Shown here one piece after another: positions 56,505 through 64,000 of a stretch of 64,000 bases of DNA. The stretch lies in NCBI GenBank assembly GCA_035605695.1, contig DATNGZ010000017.1, positions 14,454 through 78,453 of the forward strand, in the 5' to 3' direction. Position 1 is the stretch's first letter. Every line of letters begins with the position of its first letter. The notes under the pieces were generated by a model. It searched no databases. It saw only the letters and a list, made by a program, of their open reading frames with translations, and was not told where the DNA came from. A program made the position numbers and the translations under genes. This DNA is from Solirubrobacterales bacterium (GTDB lineage: Bacteria; Actinomycetota; Thermoleophilia; Solirubrobacterales; 70-9).

Positions 56505-59500
56505 TCTCCTCGTCGATCAGGGCAAACACCTCGTCGTGCGACATCGAGGTGAGGTCGTCCGTCGCCGCCTCGTCCTCCTCGGCCTCGGCCGCGGACATCT
56601 CGGCCAGGGCGGAGCGCAGTCGCATGCCGATCCGCTCCCGCACCCCGCGGTCGTCGTCAAGCCCGGCGAGCTTCGCCTCCAGCCCCGCCAGCGCCTCCTC
56701 GACTTCAACCTCCGGGCTCTTGGCCCCACCCTGCGCCGCCACCTCGGCGACGAGATAACCGGAGAGCGCCGCGGGAGAGGGATAGTCGAAAGCGAGGGTC
56801 GGCGGAAAATGCATGCCGGTGGCGGCCGTAAGGCGGTTGCGCAACTCAACCGCGCCCAGCGAGTCGAAGCCGAGCTCGAGGAAGGCCCGCTCGGGATCCA
56901 CCTCCTGGCCGGAGCTGTATCCGAGCACTGCGGCGACGTGATCGCGAATCAGTTCCAAAACCAGGGCCGGGCGCTCCGCCTCGGCCACTCCCGCCAGCAG
57001 CTCCGCGAGCGAGCCCTGCTCGCGGCGTGAATGCACGGAGACCTTGACCAGATTCCGCATGACCGGGGCGAGGACACCTTCGCGCGCCTGAGCGCGCAGT
57101 CCCGAAGTGTCGAGCTCAATCGGCATCAGCAGCGACTCCTCGCGCCCACGGGCGCGGTCGAAGAGCTCGAGAGCGCGAGCCGGCGACAGCGCCGCCATGC
57201 CGGCGCGCCCGAGGCGAGCGCGAGCCGCATCAGTCAGCTCCTCGCCGGCCTCGCCCAGGTCGGTCAGGCCCCAGGCGAGCGCGGCGGCGGGCAGGCCGCC
57301 GGCGCGCCGATAGGCGGCGAGGCCATCGAGGAAGGCGTTGGCGGCCGCGTAGTTGGCCTGCCCCGCGCCGCCGATGACGCCCGCGCTCGAGGAAAAGAGC
57401 AGGAACTCGGAGAGCTCCAACTCCGCGGTCAGCTCATGCAGGTTCCAGGCCGCATCGACCTTCGGCCGCATCACCCGCTCAAGCCGCTCGGGGTCGAGCG
57501 CAGCGAGGATGCCGTCGTCGAGGACGCGGGCGGCGTGAACCACGACGGCCAACGGGTGCTCGGGCGCGATCGAGCCGAGCAGCGCTCGCAGTTGCTCGCG
57601 ATCGGCCGGATCGCAGAGCTCGGCGCGAACCTCGCAACCGAGCTCCTCCAGCTTTGCCTTCAGCTTCGCCGCCGCTGAAACCTCGGCTTCGTCGACGCAG
57701 GGCAGCAGCAGGTTGCGAGCGCCGTGCTCCTCGACCAGGTGAGTCGCGACAAGGGCGCCGAGGGCGCCGGAGCATCCGCTGACGAGCACGGTGCGGGTGG
57801 GGTCGAGCGCCGGTGGCGCAGCCCCCTCCTCATCGCTGGCGCGGACCAGCCGCGGCGCCAGGATCCTGCCCTCACGAATCGCCAGCTGTGGCTCATCCGC
57901 GGCGAGCAGAAGCGCCGCCGGCAAGCACTCGCGTGAGCGCTCTGAGTCGTCGAGGTCAATCAGCGCAACGCTGTCCGGATGCTCGGCCTGGGCCGCGCGC
58001 ACCAGCCCCCAGACCGGCGCCGCCGCGAGGTCGGGTGCTTCCTCAGAGCCCAACGCAAGGGCCCCCTCGGTCAGTAGCGCCGGTCGGGAATCCGCGGGCT
58101 GCTCCCGAGAAATCCATCCCTGCAGCAGCTCGAGCGCGCGCTCGGCCGCCGCCTGGGCGGCCCTTGACGGCGACTCCGACGCCGGGGTCAAGGCGCGCAA
58201 GTCCTCGACGACGAAGGTGGGTTCGGCCGCTTGGGGGTCGAGGGGCGCGTCGATCTCAATCCACTCCAGCCGCAGCAGCGAGCCGCCGCCGGAGCGGGCG
58301 CCGCCCGGCAACTGCTGCGGCGCGATCGGGGCGGAGACGAGGCCCCGGGCCGAGCCAATCGGCACGCCGTCGCCATCGGCGAACTCGAGGCAAAGGCCGT
58401 CCTCGCCGTGCCGCGCGGCACAGACCCGCAGCACGGTCGTGCCGCTCGGCGCCAGCGAGGTGAGGCCGGCGGCAGCGGGCATCTCGCCCTCCCAGTCCGC
58501 CTCCCCGCCGGCAAGAGCCGCAAGCTGGAGCGCGCCCTGCAGCAGGCCGGGGTGCAGCGAAAACTTCGTGGCCTGCTCGATCTGCTCGTCGGCAAGGGTG
58601 AGCTCGGCGTACACCGCGTCGCCCTCCCGCCAGGCCGCCGTGAGGGTCTCGAAGGCGGGGCCGAGCTCGATGCTGCGCTCAGCCAGGCGGTCGTAGACGT
58701 CCTCGACATCGAGCGGCGTGGCGTCAACGGGCGGCCACTCGCCCAGCGAGCGTCGCGAGGCCGGCCCCGCGAGGCTCAGAGCGCCCTCGGCATTGCAAGA
58801 CCAGGCCTCGCCCACTCCTTCCAGGTCGTCGGGGCCAGGCTCCGACCGCGAGTGGATCGAGATCGCTCGCGAGCCTTCGGCGCCGGCCTCGGCAACCGCC
58901 ACCTGAATCTGGACAGCGCCCTGCTCGGGCAAGAACAGCGGCTCGCGCAGCTCCAATTTTTCAATCACCTCGCAACCGGCCTGCTCGCCCACCCACAGCG
59001 CCAGGTCGAGAAAAACCCCGGCCGGCACCAGCGCCGCACCGGCGAGGCGATGCTCGGCCAGCCAGGGATGGGACGAGAGGGAGATGCGACCCGTAAGCAG
59101 CAGCTGCTCCCCGACCGCGGTGGAAAGCGAGGCGCCGAGCAGCGAGTGCTCGGCGCCGGCCTGGCCGATTGCGCGCGGGTCAGAATCGCTCGCCGCGGGC
59201 GGCAGCCAGTAGCGGCTGCGCTCGAACGCGTAGGTCGGCAGCGTCACCGCCCCGGCATCGGCCCCGCCGAAAAGGGTGGCCCAGTCGAGGGCGGCTCCGT
59301 GCGCGTGCGCTTCGGCCAGGGAGATCGAGAACCGCTCCGGGCCGCCGTCCTCACGGCGCAAGGTGCCGAGCACGGCCGCCCTTGCGCCCGGCAGGGCATC
59401 GTCGATCGTCTCGTGCGTGCCGAAAGAGAGGACCGGGTGGGGCGCGATCTCGAGGAAGCTGCGCCGCCCTTGCTCAAGCAGAGAGCGGATGACCGGCTCG

Positions 59501-61926
59501 AAGAGCACCGGCTCGCGCAGGTTGCGGTACCAGTACTCCGGGCCGAGCCCGGCTGTGTCCAGCGCCTCCCCGGTCACGGTCGAGTGGAAGGGAATCGTGC
59601 CGTTGCTCGGCGAGATCGGGGCAAAGGCCTCGGCCAACTCGTCGTGCAGCGCGTCGATCTGAGCAGAATGGGCGGCGTAGTCCACGGCGACGGTCTGGGC
59701 TCGCACGCCTTCGCGCTCACAGGACGCCGCGAGTTCGGCGAGGGCGCCGGGCTCGCCCGAGACGACGAGCGAGGAGGGTCCGTTGATCGCGGCCAGCGAG
59801 ATGCGCTCTTCGAAAGACTCCAGCCGCGCGGGCAGCTGCGAGACGGGGAGCGAGACCGAGAGCATTCCGCCCTGGCCCGAGATCTTCGCCATCGCCTTGG
59901 CGCGCAGGGCGACGACCCGGGCCGCGTCCTCGAGCGAGAGGCCGCCGGCGATATGGGCGGCGGCGATCTCGCCCTGCGAGTGACCGACTACCGCGGCGGG
60001 CTCGACCCCGAGCTCGCGCCAGAGCTCCGCCAGCGAGACCATCACCGCGAAGAGCGCCGGCTGCACCACGTCGAGACGACCGAGCCAAGCGTCCGAGCCG
60101 CGCAGGGTTTCCTCCAGGGACCAATCGACGAACGGGGCGAGCGCCTTTTCGCAGGCCCGCATCCGACCGGCGAAGAACGGCGAGGAATCAATCAGCTCCA
60201 CCCCCATGCCCTTCCACTGGGAGCCCTGGCCTCCGAAAAGGAAGACCGGCCGGCGCTCGGCGGCGGCGACCGCGGTGATGACGCGGCCGCTCGCTTGGCC
60301 CGCAGCGAGCGACTCAAGCGCCTCCAGCGCGCGATCGCGGTCCTTCTCGACCACAACGGCGCGGTGCTCAAAGCTCGTCCTGGTGGTTGCGAGCGAGCGA
60401 CCGACAGCGGCGAGGTCGAGGTCGGGATTCGCGCGCAGGTGGGCGGCGAGGCGCTCTGCCTGGCCGCGAAGGGCAAGCTCGGACCTTGCCGAGACCGGCA
60501 GCAGGACCGGGCCCGCGAGAAGCCGCTCACCCGCCCCTCCACCGGGCAAATCGCTTTCATCCGCCCCGACGGCGGGCGCTTCCTCGAGGATCACGTGAGC
60601 ATTGGTGCCGCTGATGCCGAAGGAGGAAACCGCGGCGCGGCGGGGCCGCTCGCCCGCAAGCCAGGGCTCCGCCTCGGTCAAGAGCTCGATCTCCCCCGCC
60701 TCCCAGTCGACTTTCGAAGAGGGGCTGTCGACGTGTAGCGTCCGCGGCAAAAGACCTTCCTGCATCGACATCACCGCCTTGATCACCCCGGCTACCCCCG
60801 CCGCCGCCTGGGTGTGGCCGATGTTCGACTTGACCGAACCGAGCTTCAGCGGCCGCTCCCTGCCCTGGCCGTAAGTCGCGAGCAGCGCCCCCGCCTCGAT
60901 CGGGTCGCCCAGGGCCGTGCCCGTGCCGTGGGCCTCGATCGCGTCGACGTCGTGCGGGCTGAGGCGGGCGGCGGCGAGGGCCTCTCGGATAACCCGCTCC
61001 TGGGACGGTCCGTTGGGGGCGGTGAGACCGTTGGAGGCGCCGTCTTGGTTGACAGCGGAGCCGCGGATGGTAGCCAGGACCCGCCGCCCGTTTCGCTCGG
61101 CGTCGGAGAGCCGTTCGAGCGCGAGCACGCCGACACCCTCGGCCCAGCCGACGCCATCGGCGGCCTCGGCGAACGACTTACAGCGGCCATCGGGGGCAAG
61201 GCCGCGCTGACGGCTGAAGAAGATCAGCGGATTCGGCGTCGAGAGCACGGTGACCCCGCCCGCCAGCGCCAGCGAGCACTCCCCGCCGCGCAGGGCCCCG
61301 GCGGCGAGGTGCATCGCGACCAGCGAGGAGGAGCAGGCGGTATCAACCGTGATCGCCGGCCCCTCAAGGCCGAGGGCGTAGGAAACACGGCCGGAGACAA
61401 CGCTGCTGGTCATGCCCGGGACGATTCCGAAGTCGGCCGCACCGTATTCCTGCGACATCACGCCGGCAAAGACTCCGACCGGCGTGCCGCGCAGCGCACG
61501 GGGATCGAGGCCGGCCCTCTCCAGGGCCTCCCAGGCGGCTTCCAGCAGCAAGCGTTGCTGGGGGTCCATGACCTGGGCCTCGCGGGGTCCGATGCCGAAG
61601 AAGCCGGGGTCGAACTCGGCGACGTCGGCGACGAAACCGGCACCGCGGGCGTAACAAGTACCCGGCCGGTCGGGGTCGGGGTGGTAGATGCGATCCAGGT
61701 CCCAGCCGCGGTCGCGGGGGAACTCGCCGATCGCGTCACGGCCCTCCTCGACCAAGCGCCAGAGCTGCTCGGGAGAACCGACCCCGCCGGGGTAGCGGCA
61801 GCTCATTCCGACGATCGCGATCGGCTCCCTGGAGCGATATTCCAGCTCAGCCACGCGACGGTTGGCGCCGCGCAGGTCAACGGTGAGCTTCTCCAGGTAT
61901 TCGCGCAGGCGCGTCTCGTCGCTCAC
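56491..61926 (-). CDS. Type I modular polyketide synthase, extension module: KS-AT-DH-KR-ACP
   Basis: KS: [30 protein letters not shown]: [26 protein letters not shown] (59968..59985), YAAH (59668..59679). DH: [15 protein letters not shown]: [29 protein letters not shown]: [13 protein letters not shown]. The C-terminal tail [17 protein letters not shown] is docking-like. Confidence 0.95.
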   Translation of the reverse strand: MSDETRLREYLEKLTVDLRGANRRVAELEYRSREPIAIVGMSCRYPGGVGSPEQLWRLVEEGRDAIGEFPRDRGWDLDRIYHPDPDRPGTCYARGAGFVADVAEFDPGFFGIGPREAQVMDPQQRLLLEAAWEALERAGLDPRALRGTPVGVFAGVMSQEYGAADFGIVPGMTSSVVSGRVSYALGLEGPAITVDTACSSSLVAMHLAAGALRGGECSLALAGGVTVLSTPNPLIFFSRQRGLAPDGRCKSFAEAADGVGWAEGVGVLALERLSDAERNGRRVLATIRGSAVNQDGASNGLTAPNGPSQERVIREALAAARLSPHDVDAIEAHGTGTALGDPIEAGALLATYGQGRERPLKLGSVKSNIGHTQAAAGVAGVIKAVMSMQEGLLPRTLHVDSPSSKVDWEAGEIELLTEAEPWLAGERPRRAAVSSFGISGTNAHVILEEAPAVGADESDLPGGGAGERLLAGPVLLPVSARSELALRGQAERLAAHLRANPDLDLAAVGRSLATTRTSFEHRAVVVEKDRDRALEALESLAAGQASGRVITAVAAAERRPVFLFGGQGSQWKGMGVELIDSSPFFAGRMRACEKALAPFVDWSLEETLRGSDAWLGRLDVVQPALFAVMVSLAELWRELGVEPAAVVGHSQGEIAAAHIAGGLSLEDAARVVALRAKAMAKISGQGGMLSVSLPVSQLPARLESFEERISLAAINGPSSLVVSGEPGALAELAASCEREGVRAQTVAVDYAAHSAQIDALHDELAEAFAPISPSNGTIPFHSTVTGEALDTAGLGPEYWYRNLREPVLFEPVIRSLLEQGRRSFLEIAPHPVLSFGTHETIDDALPGARAAVLGTLRREDGGPERFSISLAEAHAHGAALDWATLFGGADAGAVTLPTYAFERSRYWLPPAASDSDPRAIGQAGAEHSLLGASLSTAVGEQLLLTGRISLSSHPWLAEHRLAGAALVPAGVFLDLALWVGEQAGCEVIEKLELREPLFLPEQGAVQIQVAVAEAGAEGSRAISIHSRSEPGPDDLEGVGEAWSCNAEGALSLAGPASRRSLGEWPPVDATPLDVEDVYDRLAERSIELGPAFETLTAAWREGDAVYAELTLADEQIEQATKFSLHPGLLQGALQLAALAGGEADWEGEMPAAAGLTSLAPSGTTVLRVCAARHGEDGLCLEFADGDGVPIGSARGLVSAPIAPQQLPGGARSGGGSLLRLEWIEIDAPLDPQAAEPTFVVEDLRALTPASESPSRAAQAAAERALELLQGWISREQPADSRPALLTEGALALGSEEAPDLAAAPVWGLVRAAQAEHPDSVALIDLDDSERSRECLPAALLLAADEPQLAIREGRILAPRLVRASDEEGAAPPALDPTRTVLVSGCSGALGALVATHLVEEHGARNLLLPCVDEAEVSAAAKLKAKLEELGCEVRAELCDPADREQLRALLGSIAPEHPLAVVVHAARVLDDGILAALDPERLERVMRPKVDAAWNLHELTAELELSEFLLFSSSAGVIGGAGQANYAAANAFLDGLAAYRRAGGLPAAALAWGLTDLGEAGEELTDAARARLGRAGMAALSPARALELFDRARGREESLLMPIELDTSGLRAQAREGVLAPVMRNLVKVSVHSRREQGSLAELLAGVAEAERPALVLELIRDHVAAVLGYSSGQEVDPERAFLELGFDSLGAVELRNRLTAATGMHFPPTLAFDYPSPAALSGYLVAEVAAQGGAKSPEVEVEEALAGLEAKLAGLDDDRGVRERIGMRLRSALAEMSAAEAEEDEAATDDLTSMSHDEVFALIDEEIGDD

Positions 61927-64000
61927 GACGCTCCGAACTCCTCGTCGATTAGCTCGAACATCTCCTCGTGCGACATCGAGGCAAGGTCCTCCCCCTCGCC
62001 GCCCGGCGACTCCGAGAGATCCGCCAGCAGCGCTCGCAGACCGTCGCCGACCCGGTCCCGCAGCCGCTCGTCCGCCTTCAGCGCGGGCAGCATCGCGGCC
62101 AGCTCGGCAAGGGCCACCTCCGCGCCGCCGGCGCCGGCGCCCTCGCCTCCCGATCCGAGCTCGGAGGCCACCTGGTCGAGCAGGTACCGGGCGACCGCCG
62201 TCGTCGAGGGGTGGTCAAAGACCACGGTCGGCTGCAGCCGCAGCCCGGTGGCGGCGTTGAGACTGTTACGCAGCTCGATCGCCGCCAGGGAGTCGAAGCC
62301 GAGATCCATGAAGGCGGCCTCGGGATCGACCTCGCCGGCGGAGGCGTAGCCGAGCACGGCGGCGACATGACCGCGAACCAGATCGAGCACTACCCCCTCA
62401 TGCTCGGCGGCGGGCACTCCTGCCAGCCGTGCAGCCAGCGACTGCCGCTCGCGGGGGGCACGGGCCGGGCCGGCCAGGCCGGCGAGGACCGCGGGCAGCG
62501 TCCCGGCGGCGACCTGGGCGCGCAGGCCGGCGGCGTCGAGAGCAATGGGCGCCAGCAGGGGCTCCGCGCGCAGGCAGGCGGCGTCGAAGAGCTCAAGCCC
62601 GAGCTGCGGCGGGAGCGCCGCCAGCCCGAAGCGCCGAACCCGGCCGATGTCCGCCTCGCTGAGACCACCGGTCATCCCCGTCGCCTGCGCCCAGGCGCCC
62701 CAGGCGAGCGAGACCGCGGGCAGGCCGGCGGCAGCGCGATGCGCTGCAAGCGCGTCGAGAAAAGTGTTGGCGGCCGCGTAGTTCGACTGGCCCGGTGTGC
62801 CGAGGATCCCGGCGGCCGAAGAGAACATCACGAAATGGGAGAGCTCGATCCCCGCGGTCAGCTCGTGCAGGTGCCAGGCAGCGTCCAGCTTCGGCGCCAG
62901 GACCCGGTCGAGGCGCTCGGCGTCGAGCGAGGCGAGCAGCCCGTCGTCGACCAGGCCGGCGCTGTGAATCACGGCGCCGAGCGGGCGCTCGTCGGGGATC
63001 GAGTCGAGCAGGGCGCTCAGCCGGGCGCGATCAGAGACGTCACAGGCAACCGCGGTCGGCTCGGCGCCCAGGCCGCGCAGCTCCTCGAGCAGCTCGCTCA
63101 CTCCCTCAGCCTCGGGCCCGCTGCGGCTGACCAGGAGCAGGTGTCGAGCGCCGTGCTCGGCGGCGAGGTGGCGGGCCAGGAGGGCGCCGAGGCCGCCGGT
63201 GCCGCCGCTGATCAAAACCGTAGCGCCGGGATCGAATCGCGGCCCGTCGTCGTCGCACTCGTCAGTCCCGGCCCAGGCCAGGCGCGGCGCCATCGCCCTG
63301 CCCGCGCGCAGGGCGATCTGGGCCTGGGAGGCCGTCGCCGCAAGCGCGGTCGGAAGCGCCTGCAGAGAGGCAGCCTCACCGTCGACGTCGATCAGCCCGA
63401 AGCGATCCGGGTGCTCGGAGCAGGCCGATCGCAGCAGCCCCCAGACGGGGGCGGAGACGAGGTCGGGGCTCTCTCCGGGGACGACCGCGACGGCGCCGAC
63501 GGTCTGAATGCAGAGACGGCTTTCGCTCAGCCGCTCCTCGGCGAGCCAAGCCTGCAGCAGCTCGAGCACTCCGCCGACGCAACGATGCGACCGCTCGGCG
63601 ACGCCGCCATCGCCGCCGGCGTCCGCGGCGATTGCCGCGAGGACGAGCTCGGGGACCTCCGCGCCGCCGTCAATCGCCTCGAGCAGGGCGGCGAGATCGG
63701 CGTGCCGCTCAGCGTCGAGCGCGATGCCCGGCGCGTCGCCGAGGATCGCGAGGCGGGCGGGCTGTGAGCCGTTGACCGAGCCGACGCCGGCATCCACCCA
63801 CTCGAGGTGGTGCAGCGGCAAGCGCCGGCGCGGCAGATGCGCTCGCTCGAGCGGGCGAAGGACGAGCGAATCAACCGAGACGACCAGCTCGCCACTCTGG
63901 TCGAAGGCGACCATGCCGCCCCCGCCCTCCCCTTGCTTAATCCGCGCCCGCAGGCTCGATGCCCCGCTGGAGGAGATCCGCACACCGCCCCAGATGAAGG
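61923..64000 (-). CDS. Type I modular polyketide synthase, C-terminal part of a module (end of DH, KR, ACP); 5' end lies outside the window
   Basis: KR: [29 protein letters not shown]: [13 protein letters not shown]. The docking-like tail is [17 protein letters not shown]. The reading frame stays open to the window edge. There is a 4-nt overlap with the next PKS gene. Confidence 0.9.
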   Translation of the reverse strand, partial: FIWGGVRISSSGASSLRARIKQGEGGGGMVAFDQSGELVVSVDSLVLRPLERAHLPRRRLPLHHLEWVDAGVGSVNGSQPARLAILGDAPGIALDAERHADLAALLEAIDGGAEVPELVLAAIAADAGGDGGVAERSHRCVGGVLELLQAWLAEERLSESRLCIQTVGAVAVVPGESPDLVSAPVWGLLRSACSEHPDRFGLIDVDGEAASLQALPTALAATASQAQIALRAGRAMAPRLAWAGTDECDDDGPRFDPGATVLISGGTGGLGALLARHLAAEHGARHLLLVSRSGPEAEGVSELLEELRGLGAEPTAVACDVSDRARLSALLDSIPDERPLGAVIHSAGLVDDGLLASLDAERLDRVLAPKLDAAWHLHELTAGIELSHFVMFSSAAGILGTPGQSNYAAANTFLDALAAHRAAAGLPAVSLAWGAWAQATGMTGGLSEADIGRVRRFGLAALPPQLGLELFDAACLRAEPLLAPIALDAAGLRAQVAAGTLPAVLAGLAGPARAPRERQSLAARLAGVPAAEHEGVVLDLVRGHVAAVLGYASAGEVDPEAAFMDLGFDSLAAIELRNSLNAATGLRLQPTVVFDHPSTTAVARYLLDQVASELGSGGEGAGAGGAEVALAELAAMLPALKADERLRDRVGDGLRALLADLSESPGGEGEDLASMSHEEMFELIDEEFGAS

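Noticed and set aside
54210-63767. Several 500-835 aa plus-strand ORFs (54210..55994, 58231..60738, 60814..62349, 61968..63767) antisense to the PKS genes
   Set aside because: They are stop-codon-poor shadows of GC-rich coding DNA. Their products are Arg/Gly/Asp/Leu-rich with no domains, whereas the minus-strand frames carry complete PKS motif sets.
50250-63983. Extended nucleotide similarity between the KS/AT/KR regions of the three PKS genes as a possible repeat or mobile element
   Set aside because: It is explained by paralogous PKS domains (module duplication) and is not an independent repeat feature.

Overview
By eye this window is a very GC-rich, actinobacterial-type chromosomal segment, and almost every gene is on the minus strand. 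Most of it is core housekeeping with conserved synteny: infC, thrS, zwf, an ECF sigma factor with a YCII partner, tRNA-Val, tRNA-Cys, a DivIVA-like gene, rsfS-nadD-proA-proB, obg-rpmA-rplU-rne, rodA-mrdA-mreD-mreC-mreB, maf, ndk, folC, valS, clpX, clpP and tig. The accessory content comprises a signal-peptide-less S8 peptidase next to a stand-alone prodomain paralog, an AraC regulator and a VOC enzyme. It also includes an OafA-type acyltransferase, a single-gene low-GC island encoding an ORC/Cdc6-like AAA ATPase, an M23 peptidase and a PAS-GGDEF cyclase. Further accessory genes encode a membrane-fused spermidine-synthase-like protein, CtaG, a GH15 hydrolase, and an ArsR/STAS/Cys-rich RTX-like group. 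From about 47.4 kb to the window end lies a modular type I polyketide synthase cluster. It has at least 3 single-module proteins (KS-AT-DH-KR-ACP), the last carrying a thioesterase, followed by a methyltransferase, a crotonyl-CoA carboxylase/reductase and an alpha/beta hydrolase, and it is cut by the window edge. I found no rRNA, CRISPR array, transposase or integrase. The main observations are as follows. (1) The PKS cluster has non-canonical AT motifs and an adjacent ccr. (2) Several families of 70-115 nt nested-palindrome elements have conserved cores inside copy-specific, self-complementary GC-rich arms, and each lies between 0 and about 50 nt downstream of the stop codon of a minus-strand gene. 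(3) A 15-mer-bearing hairpin recurs upstream of obg, upstream of tig, and inside a coding linker. (4) In four essential or conserved genes (clpX, thrS, folC, ECF sigma), conserved N-terminal residues lie upstream of the first ATG/GTG/TTG, implying CTG/ATC/ATA initiation. The clpX CTG has a perfect Shine-Dalgarno. (5) The tig-clpP-clpX locus is interrupted, in part by the low-GC ATPase. (6) L21 carries a Lys/Ala/Pro tail encoded with twelve A6 tracts. All coordinates were derived by hand and may be off by 1-2 nt for non-coding elements.
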